DNA of 64,000 nt, from the NCBI GenBank assembly GCA_964406405.1, contig CAYORN010000002.1, positions 64,161 to 128,160 on the forward strand, in the 5' to 3' direction. Source of the DNA: an uncultured Alphaproteobacteria bacterium (GTDB lineage Bacteria > Electryoneota > RPQS01). Below are positions 1 through 9,094 of this stretch, piece after piece. The notes beneath the pieces are model-generated. The model did not search any database, was not told where the DNA came from, and saw nothing but the letters and a program-made list of their open reading frames with translations. Each line of letters opens with the position of its first letter. The stretch's first letter is position 1. Made by a program: the position numbers and the translations under genes.

Positions 1-116
1 TGATTCCGGCTGGTTCCATCGTTTGCACGGCTGGATCGCCGCTCGCTCCCGCCACTATCGCACATCAACGGTTTGATAGTTCTGCTTGGTGCGGATGTCC
101 GCTGACTGAAGGAATC

Positions 117-935
117 ATGAGTTTCAACCGACAACATCGCTTCGCTTATGATATCGGCTGGACGGAAATCGTTAGATTTCTGATCCTGTCGAATGTGACC
201 ATTTTCGCCGTTCAGGAGATCTTCGGCCTGCAGGCGTTGTTCCGGGAGTATTTTGCGCTCGTTCCGGCCACATTCTTTCAAGGCCGCGTCTGGCAGCTCT
301 TCACGTACATGTTCCTCCACGGCGGGCTGGGGCATATCTTCTTCAATATGCTCGCGCTGTACATGTTCGGCTCCGTACTCGAGCGCGAGTGGGGATCTCG
401 GGAGTTTCTCAAATACTATCTGCTCACCGGTGTGGCCGGCGGCTTGAGTTATGCGCTGTTCAATAACGGGTCCTATGTGCCCACGGTCGGAGCATCGGGC
501 GCGATCTATGGTTTGCTCGTCGCCTATGCCGTCCTCTTTCCCAATAACGTCATCTATGTCTGGTTCGTCATACCGCTCAAGGCAAAGTGGTTCGCGATCA
601 TTTTCGGCGTGATCGAATTTCTGGCCAGCTTCAGCAGCGGCAGTCAGGTCGCGCACCTCGCGCATTTGGGCGGCATGGCCGTCGGCTACATCTACCTGAA
701 GCGTCACCGCTTCGTGCGCCGCACCTTTGGCGGCGTGCAATCATGGAAGGAACGCCGCGACGTGGAAAAACAACGCCGTGACGCTCAAACTCTCGATGAG
801 GTGCGCCGCGAGGTGGACGAATTGCTTGACAGAATCAACCGCGTCGGCATGAACGGCCTGACCAAAGCCGAACAGAAGCGCCTCGAAAAGGCCAGCCGCA
901 TCTTGCGCGAGCGCAAAAGCGAACGCCAGACTTAA
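117..935 (+). CDS. rhomboid family intramembrane serine protease (GlpG-like) with basic/coiled-coil C-terminal tail
   Basis: 272-aa ORF with multiple TM segments; rhomboid catalytic motifs GASGAIYG (Ser) and AHLAHLGG (His); HGG..H..FNM loop. Confidence 0.85.
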   Translation: MSFNRQHRFAYDIGWTEIVRFLILSNVTIFAVQEIFGLQALFREYFALVPATFFQGRVWQLFTYMFLHGGLGHIFFNMLALYMFGSVLEREWGSREFLKYYLLTGVAGGLSYALFNNGSYVPTVGASGAIYGLLVAYAVLFPNNVIYVWFVIPLKAKWFAIIFGVIEFLASFSSGSQVAHLAHLGGMAVGYIYLKRHRFVRRTFGGVQSWKERRDVEKQRRDAQTLDEVRREVDELLDRINRVGMNGLTKAEQKRLEKASRILRERKSERQT

Positions 936-954
936 TCAATCCCGATCTAATGTC

Positions 955-980
955 AGGCGGCCCCCGGCCGCCTTTTCTTT
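955..980 (+). terminator. putative rho-independent terminator after the rhomboid gene
   Basis: GC hairpin GGCGGCC-CCC-GGCCGCC followed by TTTTCTTT. Confidence 0.5.
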
Positions 981-1017
981 ATCCGATTGCCGTGGTCTGA
1001 CTGGGATTTGGGGCTTA

Positions 1018-1047
1018 TTCCCATCCTTCATCCCTCATCCTTCATCC
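1018..1047. repeat. TTCATCC/GGATGAA heptad-array repeat (family H)
   Basis: cccatccttcatccctcatccttcatcc; same heptad array recurs at 11101, 11201, 12614, 25156, 26018, 50383, 56212. Confidence 0.7.
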
Positions 1048-1231
1048 TTTCCCGAAGAGAGGCATTCCCTTCGCCGATTCGGGTCTCTTATCCCCTAACG
1101 CTCGCTATGATCGTCGCTTAGCGACTTTCATCATTCCCTAAAGATGTCTTGCGATTGGCCGTGAACCGATGTAAGTTATAGGGGATGAACCCTTAGAGAA
1201 CCGGCCCTTTTGAATAGCCATAGGATATCTT

Positions 1232-2647
1232 ATGCAACGATCGTATAGCATTTTACTGCTTCTGCTGGCGATAGTAACTCAGACCTGGGCACAAGCCCCG
1301 GATACCTTGTGGACCAAGGCCTACGGCGGTGCGACGGACGATTGGGGATACGACATCATTCAAGCCGCCGACGGCAACTTTGTGATTTCCGGCGCCACCA
1401 AATCCTACGGCACCAACCCGACCTCGGGTAATGCCTGGATTTTGAAAATTGACGGCAACGGTGACACGCTGTGGACGAAGGTCTATGGCGGAACCGGCGG
1501 TGAGGACGTGGACGCTATTCAGCAGACCAGCGACGGCGGTTACATTCTCGCCGGCTACACGAACACGTCCGGTGCAGGGGGTGGGGATTTTTATGTCTTG
1601 AAGCTCGACAGTCTCGGCGACTTGCAATGGTCGCGGACATACGGCGGCGCAAGCCATGAGGAGGCCCGCGCGGTGCAGCAGACCAGCGACGGTGGTTACA
1701 TCATCGTCGGCTACACCCGCTCGTTCGGTGTTGGCGTTCCCAACTACGAGAACTTCTATATTGTCAAAACCAACTCCGCCGGCGATACATTGTGGACGCG
1801 CACCTATGGCGGAGCCAACGGTGAGACCGCCTACGGTGTCGTTGATCAAATGGGGGATGGAGGTTACATGGTCGCGGGTTACACCGGCTCCTACGGAGCG
1901 GGCAGCACCGACGCTTGGCTGCTCAGACTCAATGCCTCCGGCGACACGCTCTGGACGCGCACCTACGGCGGCCCCAGCGGCGATGGAGCCTACTGGTTGA
2001 CTCGCACCGGCGACGGCGGCTACGTGCTCGGCGGAACGTCCGCCTCGTTTACGCCCGGCATTAACGATCTGTATCTGGTGAAAGTGGATTCGGCGGGCAC
2101 GCAGCAATGGTCACGGCACTACGGCGGTACCGATCACGATCAGGGTTTTTCCGTGCAACAGACGTATGATGGCGGTTACATTCTCGCCGGCATCACCAAG
2201 TCGTTCGGCCCGGGCATCCCGACAAACAACAACTACTTCATCGTCAAAACCAATGCCGCAGGGGACTCGCTCTGGAGCAAAGTGCTGGGCGGCGCGTCCA
2301 ACGAAGTCGCCAATGCCGTTCGGCAAGTGGATGACGGCGGCTACATCGTCGCCGGCTACACGCGTTCGTACGGCCCCGGCACACCGAATGCCAACATTTA
2401 CGTCGCGCGCCTCGCGACGCAGGTCACGCTCGTCACACCTGAGCGCCTCGTCACGCTCTTCCGCAACGACAGTCTGATCTTTTGGTGGGACAACGATTCG
2501 AATCCGTTCTACCGTCTCTACAGCGATCTCGCCGTCACCGGCCCCTTCTCCACACTCGAAGGCTCCACCGCCGACACCACATTCGTCATCACAAGCCCGG
2601 TCGCCCTCCGCCGTTTCTATCGCGTCGTCGGCAGCGTTGGTCCCTAA
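1232..2647 (+). CDS. secreted beta-propeller-like repeat protein (seven ~48-aa repeats)
   Basis: N-terminal signal peptide MQRSYSILLLLLAIVTQTWAQA; tandem repeats with core G[DT]TLWT+[TV]YGG...DGGY[IV]..GYT.S[FY]G; paralogous repeat architecture in 16280..17779. Confidence 0.7.
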   Translation: MQRSYSILLLLLAIVTQTWAQAPDTLWTKAYGGATDDWGYDIIQAADGNFVISGATKSYGTNPTSGNAWILKIDGNGDTLWTKVYGGTGGEDVDAIQQTSDGGYILAGYTNTSGAGGGDFYVLKLDSLGDLQWSRTYGGASHEEARAVQQTSDGGYIIVGYTRSFGVGVPNYENFYIVKTNSAGDTLWTRTYGGANGETAYGVVDQMGDGGYMVAGYTGSYGAGSTDAWLLRLNASGDTLWTRTYGGPSGDGAYWLTRTGDGGYVLGGTSASFTPGINDLYLVKVDSAGTQQWSRHYGGTDHDQGFSVQQTYDGGYILAGITKSFGPGIPTNNNYFIVKTNAAGDSLWSKVLGGASNEVANAVRQVDDGGYIVAGYTRSYGPGTPNANIYVARLATQVTLVTPERLVTLFRNDSLIFWWDNDSNPFYRLYSDLAVTGPFSTLEGSTADTTFVITSPVALRRFYRVVGSVGP

Positions 2648-2674
2648 GAGAAGCTTGAAATCTGAAACTTGAAA

Positions 2675-2700
2675 GGCGAACCCATCGGTTCGCCTTTTAT
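2675..2700. terminator. putative bidirectional terminator between convergent genes
   Basis: hairpin GGCGAACC-CATC-GGTTCGCC followed by TTTTAT; lies between the + gene ending 2647 and the - gene ending 2736. Confidence 0.5.
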
Positions 2701-2735
2701 CTATGTTGTTACTTTCGGCGGCCTCTGGCCGCCCT

Positions 2736-4340
2736 TCATTTCAGCAGCACGAGTTTTTGCAGTGCGTGCGGACGGTTGCCAATCGGTTGCCAGACACGGA
2801 CGAAGTAGATCCCCGAAGCGAGACGCGACCCGTCAAACGTAATGGTCTTCTTATGCGCCAAGGGTCCAGACCATACTTGCTGCACTCGGCGACCCAGAAT
2901 GTCAAACAACTCGACTTTGACAATCGCAATCTCGGATGGAATCAACGTCAGCGTGACGGAGGAGTTGAAAGGATTAGGGAAAGCTACAAGCGTGAAACGA
3001 TCCGGCAACGGAGCAGTGATACCACGGACGCTGTTGTAGAACGTGGTATCCGTGTACCAGGGATCAAAGAGTGCACCTCCGCGCAGTTCCGCCCCCTGCC
3101 CCGTGGGATTACGGGCGTTGTTATAAGGGCCCGAGGCATCCCCCCACCAGTTCCAACGGGCATCGCTGTTTCGAACGGTGTCCTGCGTCAAGATGGCGAA
3201 ATCTCCAGCTTCAAACAGATTCTCGTGCAGATCCGTGCCGCTCCAGTAGTAGCCTATGCAGCAACGGTCATGAGGCAAGAGCCCCACGAACCGGTTGCGG
3301 GTCAGCGTTGTGATCGGATCCGTATGCAATGCTTTGATGCCGGGGTCGAGACCCACGTTGTTACAAAAAACATTTCGCTCGATGATTCCAGTATACATGC
3401 AATCGGGCGGGTCTAGGGAATCATTATTCGGCGCATGAAAATCTACGCCCACGTCCCCGTTAATGGCCGTGTTATCGGAGATCAGGTTGTCGCTGAAGAC
3501 GATGGTGTCCTCACAGGCTGCCTCGCAGTTCAGAAGATGGGTGTTCGTCTGAATGTGGGTGAAGGCACAGCGCTCAATCCGTCCCCGAAACAGTTCAAGG
3601 TCGAAAGGAATGAAGACCTGCGCGGGGCCGCCGCAGGAATCAAAAACACAGTCCAAGAGACTGCATTCTCCCAACGCAGCGAGAGTTTCAGCGGGAAAGG
3701 AACGGCCGAATACGCATCGGCTGAACGTTGCGCCCCGCATCCCCGTGTGGACCAACGGGACAAAGTGCTGCACCGTTATGCCGCTAAAGTAGCAGTCTGT
3801 GGCCGTGAGACGTCCAAATTGCGAATGAACCGCATAAGCCTGCGCATCAACAAAGTGACAGTGATCAAGCGTGATGGTGCCACTATCCGATTGCAGGCTG
3901 CGATACGCTGAATCGAAAATACAATGCCGAAAGACGCGGTCGCCCGCCGAATGCACTCCGCCGATGGCGTCATCGAGCCTCGGGTACATTTCGGCCCCAT
4001 TACGAAACCGCAGATCTTCGTAGATCTGCGGTTGAAGAGTCCGTGTAGTCAGGCAGGTCAGGTGATCCGAACCCGAAAGAGACGAAGGATCAATGACAGG
4101 ACGCGGATAATCTCCGGTATCAGGTGGCACGTCACCTTTCAGAACGAATGGCAAGGCCGGAGCGATCAACGCTTCCGAATACGTGCCAAGGGCTACAAGG
4201 ACCGTGTCCTCAGCCTGCACGGCATCCAGAGCTGCCTGAATAGTAGAGTAATCCTGCGGCACGCGCCGTATGACAGCGCCTGAGTAATTGTTAAGAGAAA
4301 ATAGAACGATCAGCGTCAGTTGCAAACCCACGTACCGCAT
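2736..4340 (-). CDS. T9SS-sorted secreted right-handed beta-helix (pectin-lyase-fold-like) protein, paralog A
   Basis: signal peptide; N-terminal ...PQDYSTIQAALDAVQAEDTVLVALGTYSE typical of beta-helix surface proteins; C-terminal Por/T9SS sorting domain FPNPFNSS...IYFVRVWQP...LQKLVLLK; about 100 nt at the 3' end nearly identical to 5010..6620. Confidence 0.75.
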   Translation of the reverse strand: MRYVGLQLTLIVLFSLNNYSGAVIRRVPQDYSTIQAALDAVQAEDTVLVALGTYSEALIAPALPFVLKGDVPPDTGDYPRPVIDPSSLSGSDHLTCLTTRTLQPQIYEDLRFRNGAEMYPRLDDAIGGVHSAGDRVFRHCIFDSAYRSLQSDSGTITLDHCHFVDAQAYAVHSQFGRLTATDCYFSGITVQHFVPLVHTGMRGATFSRCVFGRSFPAETLAALGECSLLDCVFDSCGGPAQVFIPFDLELFRGRIERCAFTHIQTNTHLLNCEAACEDTIVFSDNLISDNTAINGDVGVDFHAPNNDSLDPPDCMYTGIIERNVFCNNVGLDPGIKALHTDPITTLTRNRFVGLLPHDRCCIGYYWSGTDLHENLFEAGDFAILTQDTVRNSDARWNWWGDASGPYNNARNPTGQGAELRGGALFDPWYTDTTFYNSVRGITAPLPDRFTLVAFPNPFNSSVTLTLIPSEIAIVKVELFDILGRRVQQVWSGPLAHKKTITFDGSRLASGIYFVRVWQPIGNRPHALQKLVLLK

Positions 4341-4822
4341 ACATCCTCCGTTCGCCGGTATACTCGGCCCAACGAAGAGCAGCCATCAGGAGTGCACGTT
4401 GGGCAGGGATCGCCGACGGCGCAGGGAATCTTGGCTACTCTGATGGTGTAGGTGACGTTTGGCACCATACGAACGTTCTGGAACAGGTTGGTACATATGC
4501 TGGAGGCGCAATTTAAGGTGTGTGGGCTGGCAATGGGCGTCGGGTTTCCCGTCTCGAAGACCATAACGCACGTCCGGAACGCGGCACAGGAACAGTTGCT
4601 GGGGTTCTGACAACTCGTGGTTGCACTTACCTGATAGAGCGTGTCGCAAGGAACTTGAAAACTCTTCGACACCCAACCCGTCCAATCACCAATTGCACAA
4701 TCACCAGTATTGCAGACCTTGTCGCAGATAGTAATGCAAAAGGCGCAATCAGGCCGATCGCCCTGCGCCCAAAGCAGACTGCTCAAGGCGAGCAGTGCAA
4801 GTAAGACAAAAAGTACTTTCAT
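4316..4822 (-). CDS. small Cys-rich secreted protein (about 20 Cys in ~145-aa mature chain), unknown function
   Basis: start taken at MKVLFVLLALLALSSLLWAQ (signal peptide) preceded by GGGAGG RBS; overlaps the downstream beta-helix gene start by 25 nt (translational coupling). Confidence 0.65.
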   Translation of the reverse strand: MKVLFVLLALLALSSLLWAQGDRPDCAFCITICDKVCNTGDCAIGDWTGWVSKSFQVPCDTLYQVSATTSCQNPSNCSCAAFRTCVMVFETGNPTPIASPHTLNCASSICTNLFQNVRMVPNVTYTIRVAKIPCAVGDPCPTCTPDGCSSLGRVYRRTEDVCGTWVCN

Positions 4823-4883
4823 GATGTGCCTCCCAATACTTGGTTGTTGCCTCGCCGGAGTCGTTCCGGCAAGCGGCACACTT

Positions 4884-4911
4884 AAATTATGCAAAAAAAA
4901 CGGCTTGTCAA
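4884..4911 (-). promoter_or_regulatory. sigma70-like promoter (TTGACA-16nt-TAATTT) inside the conserved 80-nt upstream repeat
   Basis: minus-strand ccggcTTGACAagccgttttttttgcaTAATTT about 60 nt upstream of the start at 4822; the -35 box sits in the palindrome CGGCTTGACAAGCCG. Confidence 0.5.
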
Positions 4912-4970
4912 GCCGGTCAGTTTAAAGAGCCACGCATCTACAATCCAATAATCTATCAGCTTAGATATTG
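4891..4970. repeat. 80-nt conserved upstream module, copy 1 (identical to 7162..7242)
   Basis: gcaaaaaaaacggcttgtcaagccggtcagtttaaagagccacgcatctacaatccaataatctatcagcttagatattg repeated verbatim upstream of both Cys-rich genes. Confidence 0.85.
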
Positions 4971-5009
4971 ACGTGGAATGTCTAAACTGCTTCCCGAATC
5001 AGCCTCCTG

Positions 5010-6620
5010 TCATTTCAGCAGCACGAGTTTTTGCAGTGCGAGCGGACGGTTGCCAATCGGTTGCCAGACGCGGACGAAGTAGATGCCAGAGGAGAGATGC
5101 GAACCATCAAAGGAAATCTTCTTTTCATAGGCCAGCGGGCCGGACCAGATCTCCTGTGCTCTTCTTCCCAAGATGTCGAATAGCTCTACTTCTACTATCG
5201 CAACCTGCGAAGGAATCAGTTTGAGCGTGACGGTGCTGTTGAAGGGATTGGGATAAGCGTCAAGAGTGAAGGCGACGGGCAGCGGTGGCTCAATCTCGTG
5301 CACCGACAGAAATGAGGTGTCCTCATACCACGGTTCGAACAGCAAGTTCCCCTGCACTTCTTCGCCTTGTCCTTGCGGATTTCGTGTTACGTGGAAGGGC
5401 CCGGTGTGATCGCCCCACCAGTTCCAACGCGCGTCTACGAATTCATTCCCCTGCACGGCCACGCCCACTTCATCAAACAAATTCTCGCGCAAAAGCAAAC
5501 TGTCGTCAGGAGATTCCCAATCCGGCCATTGCAGCCGGACAGCCGGAAGTGTATCAGGTTGGAGATCAACAAAACGATTGCGCTGCAAGTTGGCGCCGAC
5601 TCCGTCCGAATGCACCGCCTTGGCGTCCTCCACACTGATCGAATGCTGAAAGCTGTTGCCGCGGATCTCCACGACCTGTCCACTCCCCATCCCTTCTTCC
5701 CATTGCAGATGCAGCGCGTTGCTGATCTGACTCTGGTTGGCCGGGTGGTTGTGTTCAAAGGTGTTGTTCAAAATGCGCAGGGGCGGCTGTCCTTCCCGCA
5801 GTACTGCGTACAACGCGGCCTCGCCCGCACTGCATTGCACAAACAGGTTATCTTTAATCTGCCCGTTGATGGTAGCCATCAGTGCTGCCCAGAAAAGAGT
5901 ATCCGGGCCAAACACACAATTCTCAATGAAGATATCGTCTCCCGAAGCGTGCAGCAGATACATGCCGTTTCGAGTTCCAGCAAAATGGCAGCCGGTGAAG
6001 CGCGAGCCAGTGTAAGCATACGCCAAAATGCTGCCCCCGGACAAGTAGCAGTCCGTGACCTGCCAGACGGTCTGAGGGCTTCCGAGCAGACACCAGGCCG
6101 TGTCGCTTCGAAAAAGGCACTCCGAAATCGTGATGCGGGCTTCGTTTGTGTCCGGGAGCTGCCGCAAACCGACATAGACGGAATCGAATAGGCATCGCTG
6201 CAACACGACATCCAGCGCCGAGCTGCGAATACCGCCAAAGTCCTCGGGATGGGCACGCGGGAACATCTCCGGCCCATTACGAAATCTGAGATCTTCAATT
6301 ACCGGGCGAGCGCCCGCCGGCAGAATCAGACAGGCCAGCGAATCGGAACCCGGGAGAAGGGTCGGGTCGATCACAGGCCGCGGATATTCGCCCGTATCCG
6401 GTACGGTATTCCCCTTGAGCGTAAAACGCAGCGGAGGCGCACTCAGCGCCTCCGCATATGTCCCAAGATCTACCAATACCGTGTCACTCTCCTGCAGGCT
6501 ATCCAGTCCCGCTTGGATCGTCGGCGCCTCTAAGGGCACATGGATCACCCGAGCTACGGCAGGAGCCGCCGCTGCAAGCAGGATCAGAGCCCGGGAAAGG
6601 CGGCGAATCATTGCCCGCAC
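5010..6620 (-). CDS. T9SS-sorted secreted right-handed beta-helix protein, paralog B
   Basis: signal peptide MRAMIRRLSRALILLAAAAPAVA; IHVPLEAPTIQAGLDSLQESDTVLVDLGTYAE; C-terminal YPNPFNSTVTLKLIPSQVAIVEVELFDILGRR...IYFVRVWQPIGNRPLALQKLVLLK. Confidence 0.75.
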   Translation of the reverse strand: MRAMIRRLSRALILLAAAAPAVARVIHVPLEAPTIQAGLDSLQESDTVLVDLGTYAEALSAPPLRFTLKGNTVPDTGEYPRPVIDPTLLPGSDSLACLILPAGARPVIEDLRFRNGPEMFPRAHPEDFGGIRSSALDVVLQRCLFDSVYVGLRQLPDTNEARITISECLFRSDTAWCLLGSPQTVWQVTDCYLSGGSILAYAYTGSRFTGCHFAGTRNGMYLLHASGDDIFIENCVFGPDTLFWAALMATINGQIKDNLFVQCSAGEAALYAVLREGQPPLRILNNTFEHNHPANQSQISNALHLQWEEGMGSGQVVEIRGNSFQHSISVEDAKAVHSDGVGANLQRNRFVDLQPDTLPAVRLQWPDWESPDDSLLLRENLFDEVGVAVQGNEFVDARWNWWGDHTGPFHVTRNPQGQGEEVQGNLLFEPWYEDTSFLSVHEIEPPLPVAFTLDAYPNPFNSTVTLKLIPSQVAIVEVELFDILGRRAQEIWSGPLAYEKKISFDGSHLSSGIYFVRVWQPIGNRPLALQKLVLLK

Positions 6621-7093
6621 GGCACGATCTGCCCGTACCGCAGACAGGCATAGGCGACGCAGTTGCCGTTACAGTGGTCGCAATTCGGCTCGTCGTGGCA
6701 TTTCACCAGACAAACATACAGACGATACGAATGACCAGACACAAGGTTCACAGAGCACGTGTTGTTGCAATCGCCGGTGTCGCAGCCATTATTGTGGCAA
6801 CTGCCACCTTGTATCAGTTGCCCGTTCTCATAGACATAGGCACAAACTTCACAACCGCCGCAATCCGCGCCGTCCGGACACTTAACCCAAACATCAAAAG
6901 CATAGGTCGCGGTGCAGGATGCGGTGAACGCTTGAGCACTACACCCCGTGAGATCATTGTTGCACTCTATGCTCGAACAGCCGGTATCTTGTCCGCTGAT
7001 GAAATCGGAACAATCAGGACTGTCCCCGCCTCCTTGCGCCCACACTCCGCCTGTGATTACAAGAATTACTGCCACCAAGAATAACGCCTTCAT
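6608..7093 (-). CDS. small Cys-rich secreted protein (about 21 Cys), second type, unknown function
   Basis: signal peptide MKALFLVAVILVITGGVWAQ; 13-nt overlap with downstream beta-helix gene; same operon layout as 4316..4822. Confidence 0.65.
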   Translation of the reverse strand: MKALFLVAVILVITGGVWAQGGGDSPDCSDFISGQDTGCSSIECNNDLTGCSAQAFTASCTATYAFDVWVKCPDGADCGGCEVCAYVYENGQLIQGGSCHNNGCDTGDCNNTCSVNLVSGHSYRLYVCLVKCHDEPNCDHCNGNCVAYACLRYGQIVPCGQ

Positions 7094-7154
7094 GTTCCTT
7101 CACCTTACAAATTAGCTTGCCTGCCAGCGGCTCTATGTACGCAAGCCTGCATCC

Positions 7155-7242
7155 AAAGTAAGCAAAAAAAAACGGCTTGTCAAGCCGGTCAGTTTAAAGA
7201 GCCACGCATCTACAATCCAATAATCTATCAGCTTAGATATTG
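7155..7242 (-). promoter_or_regulatory. conserved upstream module copy 2 with sigma70-like promoter (TTGACA-17nt-TACTTT)
   Basis: identical 80-nt repeat to 4891..4970; -35 TTGACA at about 7178-7183. Confidence 0.5.
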
Positions 7243-7279
7243 GCACTGAATATCCAACCTGCCGCCTCGTCACCGTGAA

Positions 7280-8938
7280 TCAGAACTTCACCTTGCGGTT
7301 CAGCGGGAAGCGGATGGTGAACGTGGTGCCTTCGTTGGGTGCGGATTCGACAAAGATTTCCGCGCCGTAGCGCGCGAGGATATTGCGGGTGCTGGCGAGA
7401 CCTAAGCCCGTGCCCGCCGGCTCACCCGGCGCGGCCTCAGCGGCTTTCGGCTTAGTCGTGAAGAAGGGAGTGAAAATCCTGTTCTTGACCTCTTCGCTCA
7501 TCCCGCAGCCGGTGTCACCGACAGTGATGAGCAGCGCCTGCTCGTCGTGCGATGTCCTGACGGTCAGTACGCGCGTCTCGCTATGGAACATCGCGTCAAT
7601 CGCATTGCGCAGGAGATTGCCGATGACCTGCGAAAAGTCAATGTATACGCCATGGATCAGCGGCGCTTCGGAGTCAAGTTCGATCTCCTTCTTCACATTG
7701 TGCTTGAAGAAAAGGTTCGCGTCAAGGAACTGCAGTTCGGTCTTGATGATCTCTTCCACCGAGAGATCCTGCGGCGCGCTCTCCTGCTCGTTGCGCGATT
7801 TCTTGAGCAGATTGGCGATGATGTCCCGCATCACCAGCGCCTGCGAGCGGATATGCTCGATCTCCTTCATGTCGGGTCGCGTGAGCTGCAATAGATCGCA
7901 GAACCCCAGCACCCCCGTGAGCGGGCCGTTCAGGTTGTGCGCAATCCCCGCCGAGAAGGTGCCGAACTCCGCGAGCTTGCTTTCGCGCATCAGCTCGATC
8001 TCCAACTGGTGGTTCTGCTGCTCGATCACCTTCTGGTCCGTGATGTCCTTCGCCATCAGCATCACCGTCGAGCGCCGCCCGGATTCGAAAAGGAAACTGC
8101 GCGTCACAAGGAAGATTCGTCCGTCCCCGTTGTCAATTTCGATCGTCTTGCCTTCATACGCCGAGGTCAACCCCTGCAAATCGGACTTGTCGTGCTTTGC
8201 GAAGTCGTTGAGCCAGCGGTGACACACGATCGGCAGTTCATACGGCTCGAACTTCTGCTCCGCGGCCGGATTCGCATACAGCACGTCGCCCGACGGCGAG
8301 AGCAGCACCAGCGTGTCGCGCATCGAGCGGATGAACAGATTCAGCCGGTCGCGCTCGGATCGCAGATACCGTTCCGTTGCCGCCCGCTCGCCGATATCGC
8401 GTCCCACCAGAATTGCAAACTTCCCGTTCCCGGATTTCGATTCCGACGACGTAAATTCGATCAGCCGCGGCCGCGTGTTCGGAATCACGCAGGGCAACTC
8501 CAGTACATGCACGCCGCCCGCGCCCGCATCCTCAAACAGCGTCCGGGCGATCTTGCGCTCGGAATCATTGAAGAATTCGAGAAATCTGCGCCCGTTCAAC
8601 TGCTCGTGCGTCAAGCCGGTCCACTCGATGAAGCGCGCGCTGACCTCGATGATTTCCCCTTCTTCGCGATGCAGCACGACGATAGCATCCGGCCCCTCCA
8701 AGAGCAGGTCGAGCAGCTCGGGGGGCTCCTCTTCCGCCACCTGTTCCGTGACCGAGGGTTCCGGCGTTGTCGGCAACCCGGCCCGTCGCAGCCGTGAGCC
8801 GCCGAGCAGATTGTCCACAAAATCCGCCAGCCCGCGTGCTCGCTCGCCGGGGGGGACGCCCACAGGCGAAGCCGGAGATGATCCGGCCGCTTGCGGGTTG
8901 GGTGCAGAAGGGTTATCTTGAGGGGGCTTATGTGTCAT
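7280..8938 (-). CDS. cytoplasmic PAS-domain sensor histidine kinase
   Basis: H-box FSAGIAHNLNGPL; HATPase_c motifs GDTGCGM..., GTGLGLA; Pro-rich N-terminus and no TM segment; no cognate response regulator adjacent. Confidence 0.85.
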   Translation of the reverse strand: MTHKPPQDNPSAPNPQAAGSSPASPVGVPPGERARGLADFVDNLLGGSRLRRAGLPTTPEPSVTEQVAEEEPPELLDLLLEGPDAIVVLHREEGEIIEVSARFIEWTGLTHEQLNGRRFLEFFNDSERKIARTLFEDAGAGGVHVLELPCVIPNTRPRLIEFTSSESKSGNGKFAILVGRDIGERAATERYLRSERDRLNLFIRSMRDTLVLLSPSGDVLYANPAAEQKFEPYELPIVCHRWLNDFAKHDKSDLQGLTSAYEGKTIEIDNGDGRIFLVTRSFLFESGRRSTVMLMAKDITDQKVIEQQNHQLEIELMRESKLAEFGTFSAGIAHNLNGPLTGVLGFCDLLQLTRPDMKEIEHIRSQALVMRDIIANLLKKSRNEQESAPQDLSVEEIIKTELQFLDANLFFKHNVKKEIELDSEAPLIHGVYIDFSQVIGNLLRNAIDAMFHSETRVLTVRTSHDEQALLITVGDTGCGMSEEVKNRIFTPFFTTKPKAAEAAPGEPAGTGLGLASTRNILARYGAEIFVESAPNEGTTFTIRFPLNRKVKF

Positions 8939-9094
8939 ACGTTTCGCGCCATACTCAGGAAATGCTTGCCCCCTGCTCAGGCAGCAGAGGTGAGGTGCCT
9001 GTCGGCGTGGATGCAGCTAATTGTAGCAAAGCTCTAAGGTTTGATCCACGGTTAACGATAGGATAGTACGACCTTTTCATTTTGAGCAATTCTG

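Noticed and set aside
2485-2500. tRNA-like GATTCGAATCC (T-loop-like) string
   Set aside because: Embedded in the beta-propeller coding sequence with no acceptor or anticodon stem context. No tRNA or rRNA genes are apparent in the window.
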